A DNA stretch of 64,000 bases from Mobula hypostoma (lineage: Eukaryota). This document shows positions 13,163 to 27,587 of the stretch, piece by piece. A program made the position numbers and the translations under genes. The notes below the pieces were generated by a model, which was not told where the DNA came from, did no database searches, and worked only from the letters and a program-made list of their open reading frames with translations. The DNA lies in NCBI RefSeq assembly GCF_963921235.1, contig NC_086108.1:62374001-62438000 (forward strand), read 5' to 3'. The stretch's first letter is position 1. Each line of letters opens with the position of its first letter.

Positions 13163-15425
13163 CATGAGACTGTAAGCCATAGGAGAGGAATCAGGCTCTT
13201 TGGCCTATCAGGTCAGCTCGACTATTCCATCATGACTGATTTATTATCCCTTTCAACCCCATTTTCCTGCTTTCTCTCTGTAACATTGACACCCTGATTA
13301 ATCAAGAATCTATCATCTTCCTTTTTAAGTATAAACTGGCTTCCACAGTTGTTTGTGGCAATGAATTCCACAGATTCACCACCCTCTGGTTAAAGGAATT
13401 TTCCTTATTTCTATTCTACATGGATGTCCCTCTATTCTGAGGCTGTGCCCTCTGGTCCTGGATTCTCCTACCTTAGGAAATATCATCTCCACATCCACTC
13501 AATCTGGGCCTTTCAATATTCAATAGGTTTTTGTTAGATCCTCCCTCATTTTTCCAAATTCCAGTGAGTACAAGCCAGATCCATCAAACGATCCTCATAT
13601 GTTAACCCTTTCATTCCTGGGATCATTCTTTTGAACCTCCTGCTCTGGACCTTCTCTAATGCCAGCTTATCTTTTCTTACATTAGGATCTGAAAATGGCT
13701 CACAATACTCCAAGTGCTTTCTGACCAATGTCTTATAAAGACTCAGCATTACAGCCATGCTATTAGATCCTAGCCCTCTCAAAATGAATGCTAACGTTGC
13801 ATTTGCCTTCATTACCACTTACTACAAGTCTACCTTCAGGGAATCCTGCACGAGGACTACCAAGTCCCTTTGCACCCCTGATTTTTGAATTTTCTCCCCA
13901 ATTGGAAAGTAGTCTATGCCTTTATTCCTCTACCAATGTGCATGACCATGCAGTTCCCTTCCATATATTCCATCCACCACTTCTTTGCCCATGCTCTCAA
14001 TCTGTCCAAGTCCTTCTGCAGACACCCTGCTTCCTCAACACTACCTGCCCCTCCACATATATTCATACCATCTGCAAACTTGGCCACAAAGCCATCAATT
14101 CCTTCATCCAAATCATTGACATATAACAGGAAAAGAAGCGGTCCCAACACAGACCTCTGTGGCACGCCACTAGTCATCAGCAGCAAACCCGAAAAGACCT
14201 CCTTTATTATGACTCTTTGCCTCCTGCTAGTCAGCCAATCTTCTATCCTTGCTGGTATATTTCCTGTAATAACATGGGCTTTTATCTTGTGCAGCACTGT
14301 GTTCTAGGACTTTGAAAATCCAATGACTCTCCTTTGTCTATCCTACCCATTATTTCCTCAACGAATTCCATCAGATTTTTTAGGCAAGATTTCCCCTCAA
14401 AGAAACCATGCTGACTTTGGCCTAATTTATCATGTGCCTACAAGTACCCCAAAACCTCAACCATACTAATAGACTCCAACGTCTTTCCAACCACTGAAGT
14501 CAGGCTAAATGGCCTATAATTTCCATTCTTCTGTCTCCCTCCTTCTTAAAGAGTAGAGTGACTTTTGCAATTTTCCAGTTCTCTGAAGCCGTTCCACAAT
14601 CTAGTGATTCTTCAAAGATAATTTCAATTGCTTCCACAATCTCTTCAGCTACCTCTTTCAGAACCATGGGCTGTAGTCCATTTGGTTCAGTGGCTTATCT
14701 ATCTTCAGACTATTCAGCTTCCAAGTACCTTCTCCTTAGTGATAAGAACTGTACTTATTTATCCCGCTGGCACTCTAGCATTTCCGGTATACTGCTAGTG
14801 TCTTCTATGGTGAAGACATGCAAAATACATATTCAGTTCATCTGCCATTCTTTGTCCCTCATTACTATACCTTTAGAGTCATTTTCCAGTGGTCTGATAT
14901 CCACTCTCATCTCCCTTTTACTCTTTATATATCTGAAAAAGATTATATCCTCTTTTATATATTTGGCAAGTATACTGTGATATTTCACCTTCTCTCTCTT
15001 TTAGGCTTTTTTCATTGCATTCTGTCTGTTTTAAAAAAACTTTCCTATCCTTTACTTTCCCCAAATTGTTGCTATATTGTATACTCTCCCTTTTACTTTT
15101 ATGCTATCTTTGACTTCCCTTGTTTGCAATGGTTGCCTCACCACCTTTTATAGTACTTCATCTTTTGCAGTTTTCTTCCCTGCACCTTCTGAATTGTTCC
15201 CAGAAACTCAAACCATTACTGTTCTGGCATCATCCTTGTTAGTGTCACTTTCTAATCAACTTTAACCACCTTGTTTCTCATGCCTCTGTGATTCCATTTA
15301 TTTCACATCCAATACAGATACATCCAATTTTCACTTGGCCTTCTCAAACTGCTGGGTGAATTCTATTATATTATGATCACTGCCTCCTTAGGGTTCCTTT
15401 ACCTTGAGCTCCCTAATCAAATCGG
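13163..15425 (-). mobile_element. 5'-truncated degenerate CR1 LINE
   Basis: Minus ORFs [35 protein letters not shown] and LYKTLVRKHLEYC; CR1 3' end near 13165-13260. Confidence 0.9.
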
Positions 15426-16329
15426 GGTCTCAGGAGATATGTGTGTAAATATAATTTTAGGCACTGTCTACTATTATTTGACTTAATACATTGGTGTTTG
15501 CCATCAATTAAGAATGTTCAGCCCAATGTTCTACTCTGTTTACTGCCTGACTAAAGTCAAAGTTGAAATCGAGTTTGTATAAATATAAGGCAGAGAGCTG
15601 TTGTTTATCTTCTCTTTTTCTTGTGTATTGTAATGTTGTATTGACAACATTAATTATAACCTAATGTTGACAATGCAACATCTTCCTCCAAGTCACGGCA
15701 GTCATTTTAGTTGACAACCCAGTTCCTTTTGGAATAAGGATAAAATTGAGTTTTTGAAGCCGACTGAGATTCTGTGAAATCCTTGAGTGCTACAAGTTTA
15801 CCATGCTTTGGAGTGACTGTCAAATGTAGAAGTATGTGAGGATCCTAATATTCAGATGGAGGCTGATTGTGAGGAGGAGACACCTTGAGAACTGAAAAGG
15901 CAGTGGTGATCAGCAAATAAATACTGCAGTCTATTGCAACATGTGTAAAGTCCTTTGAGGATCAAAAAATAATTTCCCACAGGTTAAATTGACCGAACAT
16001 TTGTTCACCATATGTGCTCTTTTGTCGGCCTCTTTCAGGAGACTACGGGACAACACAATAGTTAAAGGTTCAAAAGGCATGCATGCCAACTTGATGGGAC
16101 AGTCTGGGTGAAGCATGTTTACAGACTATTCATTTTCCCAAAAGTCCCTCGGCATCTTGTTGTAATGATGACTGAAAAAAAGTGAAGTCCACATGACACA
16201 ATTTGAAAATAAAAGTTCTTCTTCAAAATTCATATGAGTTCAGCTCGGACCATTCACACCCCCTCCCCACGGCAATGACCCACAAACATTTGAACACGCA
16301 GAATTCACTCATGTAGCATTCACTCAGTG

Positions 16330-17900
16330 AGTATTTATACCCACTGCTTTGACTTAATCAGCATTCTCACAGCGTTCAAACACATCCTGACAAAAAGATT
16401 CAGCATTCACTGTATTGATAATCATTCTCACCACATTCACTCACTCAGGATCAATGCACTGAATGAGCACACGAAGTGTTCTCCAGCGTACGTCATTCAT
16501 TCATGCAGTTCCCAAGCATGTAGTCTACACTTTCAATGTGTAAAGTTAAACATACCATTCATTCCCATTGTATTCACACAATCTATTCACATATGCATTG
16601 CATTCACACACACACTCATTCTCACACAATTCACACACAGACACTCATTCTCACACAAGTCACACACACCATTTTCACACAATTCACACACACACTCATT
16701 CTCACACAATTCACACGCACTCACTCACACACACTCAATCACACACACATTTCTGCACAATTCCCACACACTCATTCTTACGCAGTATTCACACGTACTC
16801 ATTCACACTCACATTCATTCTCAAACTGTACTCACACACACATACTCATTCACACCCACACTCATTCACACACTGTATTCACACACACACTTTATTCACA
16901 GACAAGCTCATTTTCACACAATTCACACACACACTCATTTACACACTATTCACATGCACTGTATTCACATACACACACATTCCTACACACATTGTATTCA
17001 CACACACACAGTCACACACACTGTATTCATACACCCATTTACACGCTATTCACACCCATGCTCACTTGCACACTATTCACACGCACACTAATTCACATGC
17101 TCATTCACACATACCCATAATATTTACACATTCATTCAACACATACTATATTCACACACACTCATCTACCCTCTGTATTCACAGTCTCATACTGTATTGA
17201 CACACACACTCACTCACTCACACACACTAATTCACACACTATTCACACACACTCATTCACTTGCTCATTCACACACATTGTATTCACACACACATTCACA
17301 CACACAGTATTTACACACTCATTCACACACACATTTACATTGTATTCACAAACTCAGTCTCGTAATGTATTGACACACTCACTCATTTACACACTATTCT
17401 CATGCAAACTCACACACTATTCACACACACACTCATTCTCACCCTGCATTCACACACACACTCATGCACACCCTTGCTCATTCACACACAAGCTCATTTG
17501 CACATTCATTCACACACACTCATTCACATACTCATTTACACATACTGTACTCAGAGACACCCATTAACACACAATTCACATACACACTCATTCACACACA
17601 CACACTGGAATCACAATACACTCATCTACACATGCACTCATTCACAAACTGTATTCACATACACACATTCTCACACCATTCCACACAGACACTCATTCTC
17701 ACACTGTATTCACACACACTGTACTCACATATACACACGCCATCATTCAAACACACACCCATTCATGTGCTATTCACACACACTCATTCGCACAGTTTCA
17801 CACTCACACTCATTTACACTCTATTCACACACACTCATTCATACACTATACTCTCACACACACAATTTACACTCTATTCACACACACTCATTCACACACA
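16330..17900. repeat. Long CA-rich cryptic satellite / low-complexity tract (TATTCACACAC and CTCATTCACAC motifs)
   Basis: Directly visible; G-poor on the + strand; continues in degraded form at 18190-18755 and 19640-19895. Confidence 0.95.
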
Positions 17901-18756
17901 TTTAGTCAATTCACGTCAGGCCAAATGGAGCTTATTGTCATTTAACTATATACATATATAATGTATATAACCAGATAATATATGTTGAATGCAGTCAAGT
18001 TTCTCCAAACTAGGGTGTAAAGCGCAGTAGTGCACATAACACACAATAACTTATGAAGCTACAGATAAAATCTGCAAATGAATCACACAAAAATAACGAA
18101 CTAAAGTGCATTAATTTTAAATATTGGAAAGTACAGAACAGATTAACTTTGAATACTACGTGGCCGGGAGTTCAGAAGCCTAATGGCCTGATTCACTCAC
18201 ACAATATTCACACACAGAGTGGTCACACCTCAATATTATTATACCACAATATTGATACACATAGGAAGAATATAAACACAGCATCCATACATACAGCTGT
18301 AATGCACACAGAATCTGCCCACATGGCATTCATGAACTATTCACTGTTAGAGCTTTCACACACTCGGTACCAACTTACAATTTGTGCTCACAAACTCTGT
18401 ATTGAATCATACTGCAATCACTCACCCAGTATTCAGTCACTCAGCGGTTGCACACATTCCGTTCATTCACACAGCATTAACATATTTAGCACTCCCCATT
18501 CACCCAGAGAGTATTCACACATTGCATTCAACATAGCTATATCGATCCATATGGCATCCACATATTGCATTCACACACACTACAAACATACACACAATAT
18601 TCACACAGACATCAATCACACATACAGTGTTCATCTAATCTCTCATACAACATTCACACACACAGTATTTATATAAGCCTCATTCACACATATAATATTT
18701 ACACACACACACTACTCACATACCAGTTTTCACACAAACATCATACACACACAATA

Positions 18757-19639
18757 CAGTGGATTCCAGTTAATTGGCCCTTTGGTTAATCAGGTAGAAC
18801 TAGGGACAACTCTTAAAGAACAGCAATCAATCAAGAAAATTTCCAGGATTTGTTTTGTTCATTCGGGACACTATGCTGCTTAATTGGGGCAGGAACTTGC
18901 AGCAGTCACGCATACTTGTGTGGCCATTATTTGCTTAGAGTAAACTGTTTTAAATAGCATCAGTTGGGTGTGTTTGTGTTCAAAATGCAGTTTTTTTATG
19001 TTGCTGATAGCTGGCAAGAATTGAGTAATAAGGCAATTCTGAACCGTTTTGCTCACTGCGGTTTCAAGCATTCAGGCTTGGATATGCTAGAAATGGCTGG
19101 GAGTAAACATGCAACTATAACAGAACGTCAACAAGTTAGGAACTATGATGAATTTGAAGGTATCTGCAATCATCTTGAATGCTAAGGTGAAAATGAAGAC
19201 ATGGAGGATGCAACCTTTGAAAGTATTGTATAAAGGCAGTCACAAGCAAGAAAAAATCTGCAGATGCTGGAAATCCAAGCAATGTACACAAAATGCTGGA
19301 GGAACTCAGCAGGCCAGGTAGCATCTATGGAAAAGAGTACACTCGATGTTTCAGGCCAAGACCCTTCGGCAATGCAGTCCATTATTTGCACAAGGTGGCT
19401 TCACTGATTTTATTCATTGAGTACAATGGATTAATTCCTCTGTTGATAACTAATAGGAACTAATATAGTTTTATAGTACTGTAGTACTATTGGTGGTGTT
19501 CTAATTTGTTATGTATTTCATTAAAATACATAATTTGTTTCACAATTTTTATTCTTTTTCAACTACTACAATTAAACTTCAGCTAATTGGGGCCAAAATG
19601 TACTGGTCTTGATGTGTCCCAATTAATTAGAATTCACTG
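18757..19639 (+). mobile_element. Tigger/pogo-like (Tc1-mariner superfamily) non-autonomous DNA transposon
   Basis: Imperfect TIRs CAGTGGATTCCAGTTAATTGG (18757) and CCAATTAATTAGAATTCACTG (ending 19639), TA on both sides; internal transposase-like remnant VADSWQELSNKAILNRFAHCGF; nested Penelope fragment at 19242-19368. Confidence 0.8.
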
Positions 19640-20001
19640 TAATCACATGCACAGTGTTCACATAATCATCATACCCACATAGAATATTCACACACATAGT
19701 ATTTACATATACTTCATACACACACAGTATTAGCATAAATATCGTTCACACACATTCTTCACACAATCATTCACATATACAATAATCACACATATGACAT
19801 TCACTAATTCAGCTTTCGCATACAATATTCATACAAACAGTGTTCATACACATACTATTCACAGATAAAGCTTCATACATATTGCATTCACACAGCTGGT
19901 ATCATAGAAACATAGAAACATAGAAAATAGGTGCAGGAGTAGGCCATTCGGCCCTTCGAGCCTGCACCGCCATTTATTATGATCATGGCTGATCATCCAA
20001 C

Positions 20002-23000
20002 TCAGAACCCCGCCCCAGCCTTCCCTCCATACCCCCTGATCCCTGTAGCCACAAGGGCCATATCTAACTCCCTCTTGAATATAGCCAATGAACTGGCCTC
20101 AACTGTTTCGAATTCCACAGATTCACCACTCTCTGTGTGAAGAAGTTTTTTCCTAATCTCGGTCCTAAAAGGCTTCCCCTTTATCCTCAAACTGTGACCC
20201 CTTGTTCTGAACTTCCCCAACATCGGGAACAACCTTCCTGCATCTAGCCTGTCCAATCCCTTTAGGATTTTATACGTTTCAATCAGATCCCCCCTCAATC
20301 TTCTAAATTCCAACGAGTACAAGCCCAGTTCATCCAGTCTTTCTTCATATGAAAGTTCTGCCATCCCAGGAATCAATCTGGTGAACCTTCTTTGTACTCC
20401 CTCTATGGCAAGGATGTCTTTCCTCAGATTAGGGGACCAAAACTGCACACAATACTCCAGGTGTGGTCTCACCAAGGCCTTGTACAACTGCAGTAGTACC
20501 TCCCTGCTCCTGTACTCGAATCCTCTTGCTATAAATGCCAGCATACCATTCGCCTTTTTCACCGCCTGCTGTACCTGCATGCCCACTTTCAATGACTGGT
20601 GTATAATGACACCCAGGTCTCGTTGCACTTCCCCTTTTCCTAATCGGCCACCATTCAGATAATAATCTGCTTTCCTATTTTTGCCACCAAGGTGGATAAC
20701 TTCACATTTAATCCACATTAAATTGCATCTGCCATGAATTTGCCCACTCACCCAACCTATCCAAGTCACCCTGCATTCTCTTATCATCCTCCTCACAGCT
20801 AACACTGCCACCCAGCTTCGTGTCATCCGCAAACTTGGAGATGCTGCATTTAATTCCCTCATCCAAGTCATTAATATATATTATAAACAACTGGGGTCCC
20901 AGCACTGAGCCTTGCAGTACCCCACTAGTCACCGCCTGCCATTCTGAAAAGGTCCCGTTTATTCCCAATCTTTGCTTCCTGTCTGCTAACCAATTCTCCA
21001 TCCACATCAATACCTTACCCCCAATACCGTGTGCTTTAAGTTTGCACACTAATCTCCTGTGTGGGACCTTGTCAAAAGCCTTTTGAAAATCCAAATATAC
21101 CACATCCACTGGTTCTCCCCTATCCACTCTACTAGTTACATCCTCAAAAAATTCTATGAGATTCGTCAGACATGATTTTCCTTTCACAAATCCATGCTGA
21201 CTTTGTCCGATCATTTCACTGCTTTCCAAATGTGCTGTTATCACATCTTTGATAACTGACTCCAGCAGTTTCCCCACCACCGACGTTAGGCTAACCGGTC
21301 TATAATTCCCCGGTTTCTCTCTCCCTCCTTTTTTAAAAAGTGGGGTTACATTAGCCACCCTCCAATCCTCAGGAACTAGTCCAGAATCTAACGAGTTTTG
21401 AAAAATTATCACTAATGCATCCACTATTTCTTGGGCTACTTCCTTAAGCATTCTAGGATGCAGACCATCTGGCCCTGGGGATTTATCTGCCTTCAATCCC
21501 TTCAATTTACCTAACACCACTTCCCTACTAACATGTATTTCGCTCACTTCCTCCATCTCACTGGACCCTCTGTCCCCTACTATTTCTGGAAGATTATTTA
21601 TTGCCTCCTTAGTGAAGACAGAATCAAAGTAATTATTCAATTGGTCTGCCATGTCCTTGCTCCCCATAATCAATTCACCTGTTTCTGTGTGTAGGGGACC
21701 TACATTTGTCTTTACCAGTCTTTTCCTTTTTACATATCTATAAAAGCTTTTACAGTCAGTTTTTATGTTCCCTGCCAGTTTTCTCTCATAATCTTTTTTC
21801 CCCTTCCTAATTAAGCCCTTTGTCCTCCTCTGCTGAACTCTGAATTTCTCCCAGTCCTCAGGTGAGCCACTTTCTCTGGCTAATTTGTATGCTTCTTCTT
21901 TGGAATTGATACTATCCTTAATTTCTCTTGTCAGCCATGGGTGCACTACCTTCCCTGATTTATTCTTTTGCCAAACTGGGATGAACAATTTTTTTAGTTC
22001 ATCCATGCAACCTTTAAATGCTTGCCATTGCATATCTACCGTCAATCCTTTAAGTGTCATTTGCCAGTCTATCTTAGCTAATTCACGTCTCATACCTTCA
22101 AAGTTACCCCTCTTTAAGTTCAGAACCTTTGTTTCTGAATTAACTATGTCACTCTCCATCTTAATGAAGAATTCCACCATATTATGGTCACTCTTACCCA
22201 AGGGGCCTCTCACGACAAGATTGCTAATTAACCCTTCCTCATTGCTCAAAACCCAGTCCAGAATATCCTGCTCTCTAGTTGGTTCCTCGACATGTTGGTT
22301 CAAAAAACCATCCCGCATACATTCCAAGAAATCCTCTTCCTCAGCACCTTTACCAATTTGGTTCACCCAATCTACATGTAGATTGAAGTCACCCATTATA
22401 ACTGCTGTTCCTTTATTGCACACATTTCTAATTTCCTGTTTAATACCATCTCCGACCTCACTACTACTGTTAGGTGGCCTATACACAACTCCCACCAGCG
22501 TCTTCTGCCCCTTGGTGTTACGCAGCTCTACCCATATCGATTCCACATCTTCCCGGCTTATGTCCTTCCTTTCTATTGCGTTAATCTCATTTTTAACCAG
22601 CAACGCCACCCCACCTCCCCTTCCTTCATGTCTATCCCTCCTGAATATTGAATATCCCTGAACGTTGAGCTCCCATCCTTGGTCACCCTGGAGCCATATC
22701 TCTGTGATCCCAACTATATCATAATCATTAATAACAATCTGCACTTTCAATTCATCCACCTTATTACGAATGCTCCTTGCATTGACACACAAAGCCTTCA
22801 GGCGCTCTTTTACAACTCTCTTAGCCCTTATACAATTATGTTGAAAAGTGGCCCTTTTTAATGCTTGCCCTGGATTTGTCGGCCTGCCACTTTTACTTTT
22901 CTCCTTAGTAGTTTTTGCTTCTACCCTCACTTTACACCCCTCTGTCTCTCTGCACTGGTTCCCATCCCCCTGTTGTGAACTAACCTCCTCACGCCTAGCC

Positions 23001-23026
23001 TCTTTAATTTGATTCCCACCCCCCAA
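20002..23026 (-). pseudogene. CR1 ORF2 (APE endonuclease + reverse transcriptase), one frameshift near 20708
   Basis: 772-aa ORF with NARSIRNK, GITE.W, GDFN, SDH, NYRPVSL, DFQKAFD, GVLQGSVLGP and FADD; the C-terminus continues in the 20002-20871 ORF. Confidence 0.95.
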
Positions 23027-23031
23027 CCATT

Positions 23032-23940
23032 CTAGTTTAAAGTCACCTCAGTAGCCCTCGCTAATCTCCCTGCCAGGATATTGGTCCCCCTAGGATTCAA
23101 GTGTAACCCGTCCTTTTTGTACAGGTCACGCCTGCGCCAAAAGAGGTCCCAATGATCCAAAAACTTGAATCCCTGCCCCCTGCTCCAATCCCTCAGCCAC
23201 GCATTTATCCTCCACCTCATCACATTCCTATTCTCACTGTCGCGTGGCACAGGCAGTAATCCCGAGATTACTACCTTTGCGGTCCTTTTTCTCAACTCCC
23301 TTCCTAGCTCCCTATATTCTCCTTTCAGGACCTCATCCCTTTTCCTACCTATGTCATTGGTACCTATATGTACCATGACCTCTGGCTCCTCACCCTCCCA
23401 CTTCAGGATATCTTGGACACGATCAGAAATATCCCGGACCCTGGCACCAGGGAGGCAAACTACCATCTGGGTCTCTGGACTGCGTCCACAGAATCGCCTA
23501 TCTGACCCCCTTACTATCGAGTCCCCTATCACAACTGCCCTCCTCTTCCTTGCCCTACCCTTCTGAGCTACAGGGCCAGACTCTGTGCCGGAGGCACGGC
23601 CACTGTCGCTTCCCCCGGGTAAGCTGTCCCCCCCAACAGCACTCAAACAGGAGTACCTATTGTTAAGGGGCACAGCCACCAGGGTACTCCCTATTACCTG
23701 ACTCTTCCCCTTCCCCCTCCTAACCGTGACCTACTTGTCTGCCTCCCGTGGCCCCGGCGTGACCACCTGCCTGCAACTCCTCTCTATCAACTCCTCACTC
23801 TCCCTGACCAGACGAAGGTCATCGAGCTGCAGCTCCAGTTCCGTAACGCGGTCCCTTAGGAGCTGCATCTCGATGCACTTGGCGCAGATGTAGACGTCCG
23901 GGAGGCTTCGAGACTCCAGGGCCTCCCACATCCGACATCG
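23032..23940 (-). pseudogene. CR1 ORF1 (ZnF/leucine zipper + SGNH/GDSL esterase), one in-frame stop at 23731-23733
   Basis: CRMWE..YICAKC..LELQLDDL then VIGDSIVR, HIGTND and DGLHLN; the two ORF pieces are in the same frame. Confidence 0.93.
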
Positions 23941-25624
23941 GTCATCAACTTTCCATTTTGTAACCAGTAAGTAATTGCACTGCACATTATTCATGTACAC
24001 AATAACCTGTCAGATAACATTGTTTCAGGGTGTGAATACTTTGAAAGTATTCATGGACATAACATTTACTTTATACTTTATACTTTATACCAATGATAAA
24101 CCTAGTTTTCCCCAGACTTCATTCGCAATCTTTTATTTCAGTTAAGACCATTCAAACTTGCAAACCTTACTTGAACAGAATCTGCCCAAAACATGCAAAA
24201 CAAATACTCCATGGTTTTCTCCTCTGACACATGCTTTCCTGTACCCTTACTCTATAGTAATTGGCCTATATCAATACCAAAATTATGCACAAAATTTGTC
24301 CCAGCATCTCCTCCTCTGTTCCAATTCCACAGCTTCATTTGTCTGACTTTTCAAAACGAATCATTGCATGCTGTTCACCAGCAAACCCTCTCATCAGTTC
24401 ATGAACCCTCATCGATCAAAACTGGCATCCATATTTATGCCTTGTTATATTGAATTTCTGATGGTTTGGGGACTTTCTGTTGATGAACATGAGGTCACTG
24501 CCTACCTCCTTTGTTTATCCTTAACTACCAACAATTTTGGTAAGTGTTTACCTGACTGACTCTTTCATACAGAGAGCCGAGGAGAAAGCGCTCAATGGGG
24601 ATAATCTGCTCCTCTACCAATGCCAGAGCAAATGACATTAATTCTACTACAAAAACATATAGGGCTAGCTGGAGGATAGAAACCTGATTTTTTGAGTCTG
24701 TCTGTGATTTCTCTATTTACCCCCACACCATCAAGTCTGCTCCTCCTTCTTTGATGTCATTCTCCCTCAATGACTAATGTTTTACCTGGAGATTCAGATC
24801 ATTTTTCAAAGTGGCGGAGGATTCTGCTGTTCTTCTTGGCCTTGGATTCTCTGTCACAGTCTGTGGTGAAAGATTCAGGTCTTTTTTCTTACCGAGCCTT
24901 CCCCCTGAAGTACAAACATGGAAAACATAAATATTCTAGTTATGAATACAGGTCTGGATGAATACATTGTATGTTCTTGACTCTTCTGCATGTCATAAAA
25001 CTGCTACTTTTAAAAAATTATTGCTATTACTGTTAATAGTATCCTTGTAATGCAGAAAATTTATAACTGGGGATAAGGTGAATTTGAAACAATAAGGCAA
25101 TCTTCCATTCCAACTTCAGTGTAACTGCAGGATCCAATTGCTTGCTGAGGCAGATGGTGCAGGAACTGTAACAGGGATCAGCTATAAACGGTTAACTGAA
25201 TTTCATTTAGAAAGATAAGGGGAGCAGGATCAGTGCGGCTGGCTTGACAAAAACAGAACAGAATTGCTGGAGAGGATGGGGCAGTTAACATCTTGCTTGT
25301 GGATCTTTCTCCCAGCGCCTGCTGGTGTGCTGACAGCATCTTAATTTCAGCAGATTTTCAACAGCTGCAAGTTTTCTTTAAACTTACCATGGCTCTTGTT
25401 TAAATCCGAGGGCAGTTGTGGATGTTGTTAAATTGTCTATCTGCTGAAAACAGTGTGGGACCTGAATTAAACTGAAGCTGTAGACAAGAACGCGTAAGTA
25501 GTAAGACCAAGATTAGACCTACTATTCAGGCTCTGGCTGCTTCAAAATTCTTTGCCCATCCTGCCATTTTCCTATAAACCTTAATTCGCAAACTTAGAAG
25601 TTTATCTATGTCAATCTTAAATAT

Positions 25625-26520
25625 ATCAAAAGATAGAGATGAGAAGGAATTTCTTTAGACAGAGGGTGCTGAATCTGTGGAATTCATTGCCACTGATGTC
25701 TGTGGAGGCCAAGTCATTGGGTGTATTTAAAGCAGAGGTTGACAGGTTCTTGATTAGGAAGGATGTCAAGGGTTGTAGGGAGAAGGTAGGAGAATGGGAT
25801 TGAAGGGGATAATAAATCAACCATGTTGGAATGGCAAAGCATACTTAATTCTGCTCCAATGTCTTATGGTCTTATTTAACTCTCCATAAAAAAGTTGTTT
25901 CAGAGATTCACATTGTTTCACAGAAAAAATTCTTCATTTCAGTCTGGTGCTGGGCCTTTCCAGGTGAGGAAATATCCTCTCTGCATTTACGCTCTCTAGC
26001 CCTCTAAGAGTCTTATATGAGTCACCCCTAAATTCAAATGAGTGGCGTCCCAGCCTGATTACTCTTCCTCCATTGGAAAATCTGTCCTTATCCAGGATTA
26101 CCATAGTGAACTTTCTTTGAATTGTCTCCAAATGAAATAATATCCTCCCATTACTTGTGGGATAAAATTTGTCCACAGTGCACTGGATGTGATCTCACCA
26201 GTGCTTTGTCCAGCTGCAGTGGGATTTTTCTACCTTACACTTCAACCCTCTTCAAAGAAGGTCCAACATTCCATTAGTCATTCTGAAGATCTGCAGCACT
26301 TGTGTGCTGCTTCCTGTGTTTCCTGCACAATGGCCCCTGAAACCATCTGTAGAGCAACTTCTTGCAGTTTTCTTCCCTTTAGTTAATACCCTGCTACAAA
26401 AATAAACAACTTGACATTTCCCACATTCTACTTCATTTGCCAACTTTTGGGTCAATAGCTCTTCACAAGTTAATTTCCTACCTACTTTTGTGTCATGTAC
26501 AAATCTGGTGACCTTACGTC
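25625..26520. mobile_element. Degenerate CR1 fragments in both orientations
   Basis: Plus-strand 3' end at 25625-25875 (GAATCTGTGGAATTCATTGCC); minus-strand LETIQRKFT and VECGKCQVVYF. Confidence 0.7.
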
Positions 26521-26635
26521 AGGGGTTCAGTTAATGGTAAGGTTCCATGGCATAGGAAAGGTTGGGCACCTCCACATTACATTTGCCATCACAACATTAA
26601 TATGTATTAATGACCAAACACCCGAACGCTTGGCC

Positions 26636-27587
26636 AAACACCTGAGTAATCACATTGTTAAAGTTCACCGATAACACAATAGCCATGGGGCTCATCACCA
26701 ATAATGGTGATACAGCCTACAGAGAGGAGGTGGAAGACTTCGAGGAATGGTGCCAGGCAGATAACCTCTTTCTCAATGTCAACAAGACAATGAAGATGAT
26801 TACCAACTTCAGAAGAACTTGCACCACTCTGCCCTGCCCCTTTTTACATTAGTGTCACAGCAGTGGAAACTATGAGCAATTTCAAACTCCTGGGAGTGCA
26901 CATCTCGCGCAAACTCTCATGGTCCCAGACCACATCTTACACAATCTAGAAAGTTCACCAACGCCTCTACTTTCTGAGAAGGCAGAAGAGAGCCGGATTA
27001 TATACATCAAAACTCATGACCTTCTACCATTATACACCAGAAAGTGACCTAACACGCAGCATCACTGCGTGGTACGGAACCAACACTGAAGCAGACAGAA
27101 AGGCTCTACAACGGATAGCCAAATCCACCCAGCACATCCCCGACACCAGCAAGCTGCTGGGAAAAGGCCAGCAATATCATGAAGGATCCCATACGCCCTG
27201 TTGGTCTCACTCTGATCTTGGATGAGGCTATGTAGGATTCACGCTAATACCATCAGACTCAAAAACAGTTACCTTCCCCAAGCAGTAAGGCTGATCAACA
27301 CCTCCACCCACCAAAGAGACACCACCGCACCCCCCACCATCACTACTTTATATAATTTCCTGTCAGAGTTGCCTTATGTACAGACATTCCTGTAGCCAGT
27401 GTCACTTTATGTACACACAATCAATCTCCGTATATAAGTGATATTGTGTATTTATATTTACTATGTTTTTTAAATTATTGTATTCTTTATCTTATTGCAT
27501 TTTTTTGTGCTGCATCAGATCTGGAGTAACAATTATTTTGTTCTCCTTTACACTTGTGTACTGGAAATGACATTAAACAATCTTGAA
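26636..27587 (+). mobile_element. Old Rex1/Babar LINE 3' fragment
   Basis: KFTDNTIAMGLITNNGDTAYREEV..WCQADNLFLNVNKT and SITAWYG..DRKALQRI. Confidence 0.85.

Larger units (their letters stand above)
19903..23940 (-). mobile_element. Young, near-full-length CR1 LINE
   Basis: ORF1 zinc-finger/leucine-zipper plus SGNH esterase, ORF2 APE endonuclease plus RT, 3' stem-loop and (TTTCTATG)n tail at 19903-19925. Confidence 0.97.

Noticed and set aside
16327..18789. Long His/Thr-rich ORFs in all three plus frames
   Set aside because: Artefact of the G-poor CA-rich repeat, which is depleted of stop codons.
20381..23566. Plus-strand ORFs of up to 258 aa
   Set aside because: Antisense shadows of CR1 ORF1 and ORF2.
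26520..26577. Possible tiny hAT-type MITE (CAGGGGTT..AAGGTTGGGCACCTC)
   Set aside because: Too short and degenerate, and no TSD could be confirmed.
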